Source: Chloroflexaceae bacterium (GTDB lineage: Bacteria > Chloroflexota > Chloroflexia > Chloroflexales > Chloroflexaceae). From it: a stretch of 56,858 nt of DNA. The DNA lies in assembly GCA_046719255.1 (NCBI GenBank), contig JBDNDG010000001.1, forward strand, positions 1 to 56,858. Reading direction: 5' to 3'. Under the pieces are notes generated by a model. The model did no database searches and had not been told where the DNA came from. It saw only the letters and a program-made list of their open reading frames with translations. The position numbers were made by a program, and so were the translations under genes. Position 1 is the first letter of the stretch; the number at the start of each line of letters is the position of its first letter. Shown one piece after another: positions 9,194-18,278 of this stretch.

Positions 9194-10957
9194 ATGTTCC
9201 GCTCGCACACCTGTGGCGAGCTGCGGCAGGAGCATGTCGGCGCCACGGTAACCCTGGCAGGCTGGGTGCACCGCCGCCGCGACCATGGCGAACTGATTTT
9301 TATCGACCTGCGTGACCGCTACGGCATTACCCAGGTCGTCTTTGACAGCGCCGTCACCGCGGCCCACCAGGTCGCCGACGAGGCGCGCTCGGAATACGTG
9401 CTGCAGGTGCGCGGGGTGGTGCGCCCGCGCCCGGCTGAAGCGGTCAACCCTGATCTGGCCACCGGGGCGATCGAGGTCGAGGCGCTGGAGGCCACGGTGC
9501 TCAACCCGGCCCGCACCCCGCCGCTGTACATCGCCAAAGAAGGCGGCGAGGAGGAAGCGCTGCGGCTGAAGTACCGCTACCTCGATCTGCGGCGCGAGCG
9601 CATGCAGCGAAATATCATACTGCGCCATCGGGTCGTCAAGTTCATGCGCGATTTTCTCGATCGCGAGGGCTTCCTGGAAATCGAGACACCGATCCTGATC
9701 AAGTCAACCCCCGAGGGTGCGCGCGACTACCTGGTGCCCTCGCGTCTGCACCCCGGCAAGTTCTACGCCCTGCCGCAGAGTCCTCAGCAGCTCAAGCAGT
9801 TGCTGATGGTGGCCGGCTTTGATAAGTACTTCCAGATCGCCCGCTGTTTCCGCGATGAAGATCAGCGCGCCGACCGGCAGCCGGAGTTCACCCAGCTCGA
9901 TCTGGAGATGAGCTTCGTAGACCAGGAGGACGTGCTGGGCCTGATCGAGCGGCTCTTTATCGAGTTGTGCCAGACGATCACGCCCCATAAGGTGCTCTCA
10001 ACCCCGTTTCGGCGCCTCACCTACACCGAGGCCATGGAACGCTACGGCTCCGACAAGCCCGATTTGCGTTACGACCTCGAGCTGGTCAATCTCGGGGGGG
10101 TGCTCGCCAGTACGCCCTTCCAGGTTTTCCAGGGAGCGCTCGAGCGCGGCGGCCAGGTCAAGGGTCTGCGGGCGCCCGGTTGCGCAAACTTCTCGCGCAA
10201 GCAGATCGACGAACTGGCCGAACTGGCCCGCGTGGCCGGAGTGCGGGGTCTGGCCTGGGCGGCCCTGCCCGCCGACGGGGGTGAGGTGCGCTCGTCGTTC
10301 GCCAGGAATCTGGGTCCCGGTGAACTTGAAGCGATCATCGAGTGCATGGAGGCGCGCCCCGGCGACTTGCTGCTGATTGTCGCCGATACGCCCTCGGTGG
10401 TGGCTGCGGCCCTCGACCGGTTGCGCCGGGAGCTGGCCGCGCGCCTCGGCCTGGTGGATCCTGATAAGCTCAGCTTCGCCTGGATCGTCGATTTCCCCAT
10501 GTTCGAGTGGAACCCCGAGGAAGAACGCTGGGACGCCGTCCACCATCCCTTTACCTCGCCCCGCGATGAGGATCTGCCGCTGCTCGATAGCGATCCGGGC
10601 AAGGCGCGCGCCAAGGCCTACGATCTGGTACTCAACGGTTACGAGGTTGGCGGCGGTTCGATCCGTATCCATCGCCGCGAAGTGCAGCAGAAGGTTTTTG
10701 ACCTGCTCGGCATCAGCCGTGAGGCAGCAATGGCCCAGTTCGGGCACATGCTGGAAGCCTTTGAGTACGGCGCTCCACCTCACGGCGGTATCGCCCCCGG
10801 TATCGATCGCATCGTCATGATCCTGGCAGATGAAAGTACCATTCGCGAGGTCATGGCTTTCCCCAAGACCCAGCAGGCCGTAGATCTGATGACGAACGCT
10901 CCCTCACCCGTGGACGAACGGCAGCTCAAGGAGTTGCACATCGCGTTACGCTCGTAA
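9194..10957 (+). CDS. aspS: aspartyl-tRNA synthetase
   Basis: 587 aa. Class II aaRS motifs '[18 protein letters not shown]', 'GGGSIRIH' and 'GIAPGIDR', with an N-terminal OB anticodon-binding domain. Confidence 0.95.
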   Translation: MFRSHTCGELRQEHVGATVTLAGWVHRRRDHGELIFIDLRDRYGITQVVFDSAVTAAHQVADEARSEYVLQVRGVVRPRPAEAVNPDLATGAIEVEALEATVLNPARTPPLYIAKEGGEEEALRLKYRYLDLRRERMQRNIILRHRVVKFMRDFLDREGFLEIETPILIKSTPEGARDYLVPSRLHPGKFYALPQSPQQLKQLLMVAGFDKYFQIARCFRDEDQRADRQPEFTQLDLEMSFVDQEDVLGLIERLFIELCQTITPHKVLSTPFRRLTYTEAMERYGSDKPDLRYDLELVNLGGVLASTPFQVFQGALERGGQVKGLRAPGCANFSRKQIDELAELARVAGVRGLAWAALPADGGEVRSSFARNLGPGELEAIIECMEARPGDLLLIVADTPSVVAAALDRLRRELAARLGLVDPDKLSFAWIVDFPMFEWNPEEERWDAVHHPFTSPRDEDLPLLDSDPGKARAKAYDLVLNGYEVGGGSIRIHRREVQQKVFDLLGISREAAMAQFGHMLEAFEYGAPPHGGIAPGIDRIVMILADESTIREVMAFPKTQQAVDLMTNAPSPVDERQLKELHIALRS

Positions 10958-10990
10958 CGGCTGTCTGAACACAGCCAGAGGGGGGGCGTG

Positions 10991-11213
10991 GGGAAATCGG
11001 GCTTCCCTGCATATGCGCTGCGCGGGAGGGCGCAGCCCTCCCAAACCCTCCCCGCGCGGAGGGCCTGGCGCCCCCACAGGCAGAGGATGGGGAAACCGGG
11101 TTTCACCATCCTCTGCAAATTCATTCCTGCGAGGGCGCAGCCCTCCCAAATCCTCCCCGCGCGGAGGGCCTGGCGCCCCGAGGGGCAGGGCTATGGGCAA
11201 ACCCGGTTTCCCC
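10991..11213. repeat. cluster of composite A/B/C palindromic repeats, including a 49-nt direct duplication (11026..11074 and 11131..11179, 48/49 identical, period 105)
   Basis: Seen directly. Each duplicated unit is followed by a module A-like hairpin (11089..11107, 11195..11213). Confidence 0.9.
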
Positions 11214-11218
11214 ATATC

Positions 11219-11246
11219 TTCACATCAGAATGGGGTATACTACAAT
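11219..11246 (+). promoter_or_regulatory. sigma70-like promoter TTCACA-16-TACAAT
   Basis: Lies 60 nt upstream of ATG 11306. An overlapping TATACT is at 11236..11241. Confidence 0.4.
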
Positions 11247-11305
11247 AACCGCCCATGATCAGCGGTAGCAGGCGTAACGGGTAATGCGCGACAGGGAGCC
11301 GAGCG

Positions 11306-12259
11306 ATGGAGAAACGCATTCTGGTCGTTGATGACGACCCGAACGTCCGGCGCATTGTCAGTCTGGCCCTGACCCATGATTCCCCCTATACTGTTCACGC
11401 TGTCCCTTCAGCCGAGGCGGCGCTCCTCCAGATCGCCCGTCAACCGGTGGATCTCCTCTTTACCGATATTCGTATGCCCGGGATGAGCGGCCTGGAACTG
11501 GTGCAGCGCGTGCGCGAACTTGACCCGAAGACGGCGGTAATCGTCTTCACCGTCGGCCCCGAAGATCTGACCCCCGAACGGGCCGCTGAACTGAAGATTG
11601 ACTGCCTGCTCGAGAAGCCTGCCTCGCCAGAACGGCTACGCCTGGCCGTTGATCTGCTGCTCGACCCGATCAAACTGCTGCCGCGCCCCTCGCAACGAAC
11701 CGAACCGCCAGCGCCTCCCGCTCCAAAGCCGGCGCAGACCACGCCGCTGTCGCCGCAAACCGGGCCCCTGGGGCAGCGCCTGGCCGCCGCCCGGTCCCGA
11801 CGCCAGACGACGCCGCTGCACGGCGCCCCCGTGGCCATTCGGCTGACATCCGGCCCCGCGGGTGCGGGTAATCGCTCCTACTCCGAAACGCAGATCGAGG
11901 CCATGCGCCAGGCGCTCAAGGAACTGGCCCTCGAGCCTGATGTTCATTGTGCCGTGCTGGCCGATATCAGCGGTATCGTGCTGACCCACTGGAGCCGCCG
12001 GCGTGACATTAACGTGACGGTCATTGCTGCTCTGGCCGCGGGCAACACCATGGCGCTGGCCGAAATCGGGCGTAACCTGGGCCAGCAGCGTCCGGGCTAC
12101 CTGGTGATCCAGGAGGGCCACGACCAGAGCATCATTATGGCTACGCTCGACGACCTGCTGCTGCTCGTGGCGATCGGGCCAAATGCCTCGCTCGGCTGGG
12201 CCCGTATCGCTACCCTGCGCGCCTGTGAAGAGGTGGTGCGGATCGCCCAGGGGACGTAG
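11306..12259 (+). CDS. response regulator receiver domain fused via a Pro-rich linker to a Roadblock/LC7 (MglB-like) domain
   Basis: REC motifs: VVDDD, phospho-acceptor context 'LLFTDIRMPGMSG', 'LLEKP'. A PAPPAPKP-rich linker follows. The C-terminal ~120 aa 'AVLADISGIVL...AALAAGNTMALAEIG...LLLLVAIGPNASLGWARI' matches the Roadblock/LC7 pattern. Confidence 0.75.
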   Translation: MEKRILVVDDDPNVRRIVSLALTHDSPYTVHAVPSAEAALLQIARQPVDLLFTDIRMPGMSGLELVQRVRELDPKTAVIVFTVGPEDLTPERAAELKIDCLLEKPASPERLRLAVDLLLDPIKLLPRPSQRTEPPAPPAPKPAQTTPLSPQTGPLGQRLAAARSRRQTTPLHGAPVAIRLTSGPAGAGNRSYSETQIEAMRQALKELALEPDVHCAVLADISGIVLTHWSRRRDINVTVIAALAAGNTMALAEIGRNLGQQRPGYLVIQEGHDQSIIMATLDDLLLLVAIGPNASLGWARIATLRACEEVVRIAQGT

Positions 12260-12329
12260 CGCACACGCAGATTGCGGCCCGGGCGCGGCGCGTCCGGCGC
12301 GGATCGCCCTCACACTACCTGATGCGTTT

Positions 12330-12388
12330 GGCACGGCATGGGTTCTGGTGAGCGAAGCCGCCACCCCGAGCGCGGTCGAAGGGGAAGC
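12330..12388 (+). repeat. 59-nt dispersed repeat (family D)
   Basis: About 85% identical to the reverse complement of 9035..9093. Confidence 0.75.
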
Positions 12389-12522
12389 GCCTCGGCCGGA
12401 ACCCTGAGCGAGGCGAAGGGCAAACTGGTAGTAGGGAATGACCAGGTGCGCGGGGTCGCGTCGAGGCGAACCAGGGGCGGCGTCGAGCCAGCCCGGTGGG
12501 CCGCCGCGACACCTTCCGGGCG

Positions 12523-12618
12523 TCACCTGACCAGGTTGTGCTGCACGGCGAGGGCGACCGCCTCGGTCCGGTTGGTGGCATCCAGCTTGGTGAGGATGTT
12601 GTGAACGTGGCTTCGCGC
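12523..12618 (-). pseudogene. remnant of a NarL/LuxR-type response regulator C-terminal HTH
   Basis: 31 codons, ARSHVHNILTKLDATNRTEAVALAVQHNLVR, then a stop. An in-frame TGA lies immediately upstream (12619..12621). No start codon and no REC domain. Confidence 0.6.
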
Positions 12619-12752
12619 TCAACGGGTCGGCACGCACACGCTCCGGCGAGATGATCCCGGGTGGATTCGATCATCTCGTGACATAGTGCGTTAGCCCGGT
12701 CGCGCTCGCCCTGGAGAACGAGCGGCTGCGGCAGCGGGCCCGCAGCGCCGCG

Positions 12753-13397
12753 ATGCTGGATGAGCGCGCCCGCATGGCCCGCGAGCTCCACGACTCCGTC
12801 ACCCAGATGCTCTTCTCCACCAGCCTGATCGCCGAGGCTATGCCCGATGCCCTGGAGCGTGACCAGGCGCGCGCAGCGCTGGGTGCAGCCGAGTTGCACC
12901 GGCTGACCGCGGGCGCCCTGGCCGAGATGCGCGCCCTGCTGCTCGAGCTGCGGCCGAAGGCGCTCATCGAGACCTCCCTCGGCAAGCTCCTGCAAGTCCT
13001 CGGCGCCTCGCTAAACAGCCGCAGCGCCGTCCCAGTCGCGGTCACGATCGTCAGGGATTGCACCCTGGCGCCGGAGGTGCAGATCGCCTGCTACCGCATC
13101 GACCAGGAGGAGCTCAACAACGCGGTGAAGCACGCGGGCGCAACCGAGGTGACGGTCAGCGCAGACTGTACCGCGCGCGAGGTACTGCTGCGGGTGAGCG
13201 ACAACGGACGCGGCTTCGACCTGGCGAAGAAGTCGCACAGCGGACTGGGCCTGGCCATCCTGCGCGAGCGGGCGAGCGAGATCGGGGCGCGGCTGACGAT
13301 TGATAGCACGCCGGGCACAGGCACAACGGTCATCCTCCACTGGCAGGCGCCCGATGGCCAGGCAGGCTGTAAACTACGTTTTCCGATACGCCGATGA
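12753..13397 (+). CDS. N-terminally truncated sensor histidine kinase (HisKA_3 DHp + HATPase_c only), possibly a pseudogene
   Basis: H-box 'MARELHDSVTQ', N-box 'EELNNAVKHA', 'DNGRGF', 'GLGLAILRERA'. The coiled-coil 'LALENERLRQRA' continues in frame upstream to TAG 12684. No sensor or TM region. Confidence 0.65.
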   Translation: MLDERARMARELHDSVTQMLFSTSLIAEAMPDALERDQARAALGAAELHRLTAGALAEMRALLLELRPKALIETSLGKLLQVLGASLNSRSAVPVAVTIVRDCTLAPEVQIACYRIDQEELNNAVKHAGATEVTVSADCTAREVLLRVSDNGRGFDLAKKSHSGLGLAILRERASEIGARLTIDSTPGTGTTVILHWQAPDGQAGCKLRFPIRR

Positions 13398-13419
13398 TCT
13401 TTTATGGTACCATATCGCA

Positions 13420-13582
13420 ATGAAAACAGCACACCGCAGCGATGCGGAGCGCACGACCTTGACGGAACTCCTGGCAAAAGGAACGCTGCCAGCGCGGACC
13501 TTCAAACGAGCGACCTGATCAGCCTGGACGCGGGAGATACGCTCACCGCTATCGCCGCCCGCCTGGACGTCAATTACACCTT
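13420..13582 (+). mobile_element. frameshifted N-terminal HTH remnant of an IS630-family-like transposase
   Basis: 'RSDAERTTLTELLAKGTLPARTFKRAT' stops at TGA 13516 and continues in the +1 frame as 'LISLDAGDTLTAIAARLDVNYT'. This matches the pattern typical of IS630 N-termini. No DDE domain is present. Confidence 0.45.
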
Positions 13583-14404
13583 ATGCCTGCTGCCTCCACC
13601 ATCACACCGACCGCGCCGCGCGAACGGGGTCCGGGCTACGCCCTGGCCGGCGGTCTGGTCATCACCGCCATCGCTGTGGCGATTGGCGGGCTGATCTTCG
13701 CCGGGCTGTTGCTGGCCACACGTGGCCCGTCCGCCCCTGAGCTGCTCCCCGCCGAGGTGCAACTCTATGCAGCCACGACCCCGAACATCGGCGGCGTGGT
13801 CGAGGTCGAGCAACTGCGTCGCGTGCTCCGCGACGGGCTTGGCGTGCCTGAACCGGCCACCCTCACGGCGCCCGTCGAAAGCCTGCTCGGCGTCAACCTG
13901 CGCGAACACGTTGGGCCATGGCTGGGCAGCGAAATCGCAGTGGCGGTACGCGGCGCCGACCCGGCGCAACTGCGGGGCGCCGATCCCGGCGCGGCCCTGT
14001 TGCGCCACGCCGAGGTGCTGTTCCTCTTCGCCTCCCGGAACGACCCTCAGGCCCAGGTTTTCCTCGACCGGCACCGCGCGGCCCGCGAGGCTCGCGGCGA
14101 CAGAATCGCCACCCGTGAGCGCAACGGCGTAACGATCTACTATGCCGAGAGCAGCGAAGCCAGTCCAATCGCTGTGTTCGCCCTGCTCCACCACTACGTG
14201 GTCTTTTCCAACAGCCTGGCCGCGATCGAACACCTTGCCATGGCCGATGCTGAAAGCACGGAGAGCCTGGCGCACGCCCCGACCTTCACCCGCTTCCAGG
14301 AGCACAGGACAGCCGCCCCCAGCGGGGCGATCTACACCGATGGCACCCCCGCCGCCGAGGCTGTCCGGGCGGCGTTACGTGACCTGCTTGTAGACTTGAG
14401 GTAA
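13583..14404 (+). CDS. hypothetical membrane-anchored protein
   Basis: 273-aa ORF with one N-terminal TM helix (LAGGLVITAIAVAIGGLIFAGLLLA). No catalytic motif recognised. Confidence 0.55.
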   Translation: MPAASTITPTAPRERGPGYALAGGLVITAIAVAIGGLIFAGLLLATRGPSAPELLPAEVQLYAATTPNIGGVVEVEQLRRVLRDGLGVPEPATLTAPVESLLGVNLREHVGPWLGSEIAVAVRGADPAQLRGADPGAALLRHAEVLFLFASRNDPQAQVFLDRHRAAREARGDRIATRERNGVTIYYAESSEASPIAVFALLHHYVVFSNSLAAIEHLAMADAESTESLAHAPTFTRFQEHRTAAPSGAIYTDGTPAAEAVRAALRDLLVDLR

Positions 14405-14577
14405 TAACCTTACGTGAACAGAGGCCGCGCGGGAGGGTTTGGGAGAGTGCAGCCCTCCCACGAAACAACCCGCCAGCGGGGAGGGTCTGGGAGAGCGACG
14501 CCCTCCCAGGATATAGTAGTTATGTTCATTCTGGCGTTGTGCGGCATAGCCGCATGGACGCTCTAACGCGGACATAT

Positions 14578-14662
14578 GGGGAAACCGGGTTTCCCCATAC
14601 CCGCGCCCACCGGGTGGCAAACCCCTCCCCGCCGGGAGGGTTTGGGAGGGCTGCGCCCTCCC
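14578..14662. repeat. complete composite repeat: module A (14578..14596), CCCTCCCC-N4-GGGAGGG hairpin, module B (14644..14662)
   Basis: Seen directly. Further B-like copies lie at 14441..14459 and 14489..14507, and a 'atgttcattctggcgttgtgcggc' module at 14522..14545. Confidence 0.9.
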
Positions 14663-14679
14663 AGGAAAAACACCAGTCT

Positions 14680-14967
14680 TCATCCATGTTCATCGGTAGC
14701 CACGGGAGCGGGCCGGCTGGCGGCTGCCACGATTCGTTGCAGGTACTGCTGCCAGTTGGCCTGATTGGCGCGCGTGATCCGGCGCACGGCATCAATGTCG
14801 CCGCTCTCGCCGGCCTCGTACGCTGCTGCCAGTGACTCCTGAAAGGTGCGGGCTAGATCGGCCACTGCCCGCCGTAACTCGCTGTTCATCTGCCGCTGAC
14901 GCTCCAGTTGCTCCTGCAACCAGGCGTTTAGCCGCTCCAGTTCGGCGATCCGTTCCTCGGGGGACAT
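14680..14967 (-). CDS. small coiled-coil hypothetical protein (95 aa)
   Basis: Start trimmed to ATG 14967 (MSPEERIAELERLNAWLQEQLERQRQ). Heptad-like N-terminus. The track ORF extends upstream. Confidence 0.5.
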   Translation of the reverse strand: MSPEERIAELERLNAWLQEQLERQRQMNSELRRAVADLARTFQESLAAAYEAGESGDIDAVRRITRANQANWQQYLQRIVAAASRPAPVATDEHG

Positions 14968-15060
14968 AGGCGTGGCGCTCCTCAACTCCGTCTCGGCGGG
15001 CTTGCAGAGGCAGGGCGGGCTGCGCCCTCTGCGCCTCAAGCAGCCTGTGGCAGCATGAAG

Positions 15061-15094
15061 CAAAAACGCCCCACCTGCAACTCAGGAAGGGCGT
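15061..15094 (-). terminator. intrinsic terminator downstream of tRNA-Ser
   Basis: The minus strand reads ACGCCC-TT-CCTG-AGTTG-CAGG-TG-GGGCGT followed by TTTTG. Confidence 0.6.
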
Positions 15095-15102
15095 GCCGTG
15101 CA

Positions 15103-15193
15103 TGGCGGGGAGAGCGAGATTCGAACTCGCGAGGGCTTTTTACACCCTACTCGTTTTCGAGACGAGCACGTTCAACCACTCCGTCATCTCCCC
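15103..15193 (-). tRNA. tRNA-Ser (anticodon CGA), CCA encoded
   Basis: Manual fold: acceptor GGGGAGA/TCTCCCC, anticodon arm CTCGT-CTCGAAA-ACGAG, long variable arm, T-arm GCGAG-TTCGAAT-CTCGC, 3' GCCA. Confidence 0.9.
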
Positions 15194-15207
15194 GAGTGCC
15201 ACGGTTT

Positions 15208-15235
15208 ATTATACGCGGTTGCAGGGCTGCGTCAA
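15208..15235 (-). promoter_or_regulatory. sigma70 promoter TTGACG-16-TATAAT for tRNA-Ser
   Basis: The -10 is at 15208..15213 and the -35 at 15230..15235 (minus strand). The -10 ends 14 nt before the mature 5' end. Confidence 0.65.
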
Positions 15236-15352
15236 GGCGCCGGAAAGCGGGTTTCCTCGCGCCCCTCCCCGAGGATAGGGTTTGGGAGGGCTTCGCCCTC
15301 CCAGGAACAAATATGTTCACTCTGGCGTTGTGCGGCGCAGCCGCATGGGCAT

Positions 15353-16351
15353 CTATGGCGTGGAGGCAGGCGGCTGGATCTCGGACTGTGCCGGTGGGGC
15401 GACGACGGTTGATGTGTCGCCCATGCGATTGAGCAGCAGAGTCAGATCGGTATTTGGATCGATAAACCAGATGTTGCCGTTGTCCAGCATCTGGACCATC
15501 AGCTCGCGTTTCCGCAACTCAAACAACTCAGGATTCTCGCGCCAGTAGCGCCCTTCGATGGCTCGTACCTGAGCCTCACGATTGGCCGCCTCGAGGGCTG
15601 CTGCCGTCTTGCCGCGCTCGCGGGTCAGGGCCACCTGGGCCTCCTGCTCGGCCTGGAACAGATTATTGGCCTGCTGGGCCTCGATCTGCTCCCTCCGCTT
15701 CTGCTCCGTCTCGATCTGCACCTCCAGGTTGGCCTTCTCGGCCAGCAGGCGCGCATACTCCTCACCAACCTTGATGTCAAGCACTTTCACATCGAAGATC
15801 TGAATGTAGAGTTGCTCGCTGGGGCTGCGCCGTCCGGCTTCACTGGTGGTCAAAAACTGGCGGATGCGCGACGCAAAACCGCCCCGATCCGAGAGCGCCT
15901 GATCGAGGGTGAACTGTGTACTGGCGCTCTTGAGCGCGTCGTTGATATAGCCATCGAGCGGCTCGATCAACTGCTCATCGCGCACACCGATCTCGCCGTA
16001 ACTGGCTCGCAATGCCTCGGGGCTGGTGAGCCGGCTGTAATCCACCTGAATATCAATGTCGTAGAGTTGCTTGTCGCTACTGGCGACGTTCTGCGAGATG
16101 GTGCGGGTTTGCCGACGGACGTTCACCACCTCGATGGTCGTAAAGGGAGCAAAGGGCCGAAAGAAAATCCCCGGCTCCTGGATACCCTCAACGCGACCCT
16201 GGGTCACAATGATACCCCGCTCGCCTTCGTTGACCTGAGCGAACTTCATGGTTGAGAGGCCCAGTCCCACAATCACCAGGATCAACACCGCCGTGGCGAT
16301 CAGCCCCGTCCAGGCGCGTGAACCACGCGCCCCACCCTGCTGAGTGGTCAT
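15353..16351 (-). CDS. SPFH/band-7 (prohibitin/flotillin-like) membrane protein
   Basis: 332 aa. AAGGAG precedes ATG 16351. N-terminal TM helix, SPFH-like core (GERGIIVTQGRV..., 'QIFDVKVLDIKV') and a long EQ/A-rich coiled coil. Confidence 0.75.
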   Translation of the reverse strand: MTTQQGGARGSRAWTGLIATAVLILVIVGLGLSTMKFAQVNEGERGIIVTQGRVEGIQEPGIFFRPFAPFTTIEVVNVRRQTRTISQNVASSDKQLYDIDIQVDYSRLTSPEALRASYGEIGVRDEQLIEPLDGYINDALKSASTQFTLDQALSDRGGFASRIRQFLTTSEAGRRSPSEQLYIQIFDVKVLDIKVGEEYARLLAEKANLEVQIETEQKRREQIEAQQANNLFQAEQEAQVALTRERGKTAAALEAANREAQVRAIEGRYWRENPELFELRKRELMVQMLDNGNIWFIDPNTDLTLLLNRMGDTSTVVAPPAQSEIQPPASTP

Positions 16352-16474
16352 GCTCTGGCTCCTTCATCACTGTGTAAGTGTTCACCCTTCTCCCGGGTGC
16401 GCGGGCAGCTTGCCCGCATTCAGGCCATTGCGGTCGGGATGCCTGCGCACCCGAGGTGGCACCTTACCCCCCAT

Positions 16475-16504
16475 ATGATATGAACAGGTACGTCACTGTA
16501 GCAA
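16475..16504 (-). promoter_or_regulatory. candidate promoter TTGCTA-18-TATCAT for the SPFH gene
   Basis: Minus-strand hexamers at 16499..16504 and 16475..16480, ~120 nt upstream of ATG 16351. Confidence 0.35.
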
Positions 16505-17025
16505 TCCAGGCGGCTACGCCGCACACAATGGGCATAAACAAGCTCGTTCCAGGGAGGATCGTGTCCTTCCCAACCCTTCGTTCGGGCGAGGGGCACTATT
16601 CGATGCGCTCACCAACAGAGTGGGGAAACCGGATTTCCCCGCCTGACGGTTCTCCTTCGCTCGCTCCTGGTGGTCAAACGGTGAACGTGCAGCGTTTCGC
16701 AGTATGCCCGATCGGTCTGACACGCTCTGGCCCACGGCACTCATTATACGTGCCGGGTGTAACGAACGTTGCCCGGGTGAGTAGGGCCGGCCCAAAGCAG
16801 GCACGTTTGGCAATTACCCACACCTCCTGCCTTTCACGGGTAGAGTTTCCGGGCCGTGTTTCTCGCAACGTGAAGCGCCCGCCACGCAGGTGGCAGGCGC
16901 GCGAAAGGCTTTCGGAGAGAAGTTCGTGCGGGGAAGGCAAGCCCTCCCTGAAAAACCGTCGATTCATGGGGGTGGCGGCGCAAGCGCAGCTTGAAAGCAT
17001 GTCGCCGTCCGAACGCGGCTCAGCT

Positions 17026-18060
17026 TCAGCGCCGGAGCAATCGCTCCGCGCGCGCGCGGTCGGCTTCAGAAAAGCCGAGAGCCTCGGCGACGATGTACAG
17101 AGGACGGCCTTTCACCTCGTCGTAGATCCGTCCCACATACTCGCCGATGATTCCCAACGAGATCAGCTGCACGGCGCCGATGAACAGCACACTGGCCAGG
17201 GTCGAAGCCTGACCGTAGAAGGCGGCCTCCTGGGGGTCAGCGCTGCCGAGACGCATAATGAAGACGACCAGGATGAAGATCAGGCTCAGGGCGGCCACGA
17301 TGAAGCCCAGGTAGGTGGCCAGTTGGAGCGGCAGGTAGGAGAAGCTGGTAATGCCATCAAGGGCAAACTTGAGCATCTTGCGGAAGGGGTACTTGGTGCT
17401 GCCGGCCTTGCGGGCATGACGGGTGTAACTGACCCCCGCGCTGCGGAAGCCGACCCACACCGACAGCCCGCGCATAAAGCGGTGATGCTCGCGGATACGG
17501 TTCAGCGCATCTACCACCTTCCGGTCCATCAAGCGGAAGTCGCCCGCATCGACCGGCAGTTCGACGTTCGTAATTTTGGCGATCAAGCGGTAGAAGGCCG
17601 ACGCCGTAGCGCGTTTGAACCAGGTCTCACCCTCGCGTTCCTCACGCACAGCGTAGACCACTTCATAGCCCTCGCGCCATTTCGCGATTAACTCGGGGAT
17701 GACCTCGGGCGGGTCCTGCAGGTCAGAGTCGATCACGATGACGGCGCGGCCACGGGCATAATCCGTACCGGCGGTGATCGCCAGTTGGTGACCAAAGTTG
17801 CGCGAGAAGTTAATCACCCGGACGCGCACATCACGCTCGTGGATGGCGCGCAGGATCATCCCTGAGCGGTCACGGCTCCCGTCGTTAACCAGCACCAGTT
17901 CAAAAGGCTCACCCAGGGGTTCCAGGGCGGCGATGGTGCGCTGGCAAAACTCCTCAATCAGCGCCTCTTCGTTAAACACCGGGGCCACTACCGAGAATGT
18001 CGGCGGTCCGGCCTCGGTGGTAAGCTGTAGTTCCGGGACTACTTCGGTGATCAACGACAT
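17026..18060 (-). CDS. family-2 glycosyltransferase, polyprenyl-phosphate sugar transferase type (ArnC/DPM1-like)
   Basis: Start trimmed to ATG 18060 after GGAGGA. Motifs 'VVAPVFNEE', 'LVNDGSRD', 'DSDLQDPPE', plus two C-terminal TM helices. Confidence 0.85.
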   Translation of the reverse strand: MSLITEVVPELQLTTEAGPPTFSVVAPVFNEEALIEEFCQRTIAALEPLGEPFELVLVNDGSRDRSGMILRAIHERDVRVRVINFSRNFGHQLAITAGTDYARGRAVIVIDSDLQDPPEVIPELIAKWREGYEVVYAVREEREGETWFKRATASAFYRLIAKITNVELPVDAGDFRLMDRKVVDALNRIREHHRFMRGLSVWVGFRSAGVSYTRHARKAGSTKYPFRKMLKFALDGITSFSYLPLQLATYLGFIVAALSLIFILVVFIMRLGSADPQEAAFYGQASTLASVLFIGAVQLISLGIIGEYVGRIYDEVKGRPLYIVAEALGFSEADRARAERLLRR

Positions 18061-18278
18061 CGCAGGTTTTCCTCCGACTTTTCTTGATTGGTTTTTGCTT
18101 GTACGCACACGGCTCCGCCGTCTACGACAGGGATGGATGCGGTTGTTCGTGGGAAGGCTGCACCCGCCCACACCCTCCGGACGAGTCGGGTCCATGCGCG
18201 CCCGTCCACACCCTCCCGCTGAGCCAGGGCCGCTCTCACGCGCTCAACCCTGCCCGAGAGGTTCCCCCGATGCTCCGC

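Noticed and set aside
10991-11213. The dense palindromic repeats might be a CRISPR array.
   Set aside because: The repeats are of several different modules, irregularly spaced and in both orientations. They are dispersed over the whole window rather than forming repeat-spacer periodicity, and no cas genes are present.
12260-15193. A genomic island integrated at tRNA-Ser, with att direct repeats.
   Set aside because: I found no copy of the tRNA 3' segment (ggggagagcgagattcgaactcgc) elsewhere in the window. The only 10-nt match (14489..14500) lies inside a module B repeat. No integrase is present.
16826-16851. The minus-strand stretch CGGAAACUCUACCCGUGAAAGGCAGG resembles the conserved GGUAAACUCCACCCGGAGCAAGGCC segment of bacterial RNase P RNA.
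   Set aside because: The universal P4 elements (GAGGAAAGUCCGGGC and ACAGAACCCGGCUUA) are absent from the surrounding 600 nt, so the similarity is probably fortuitous.
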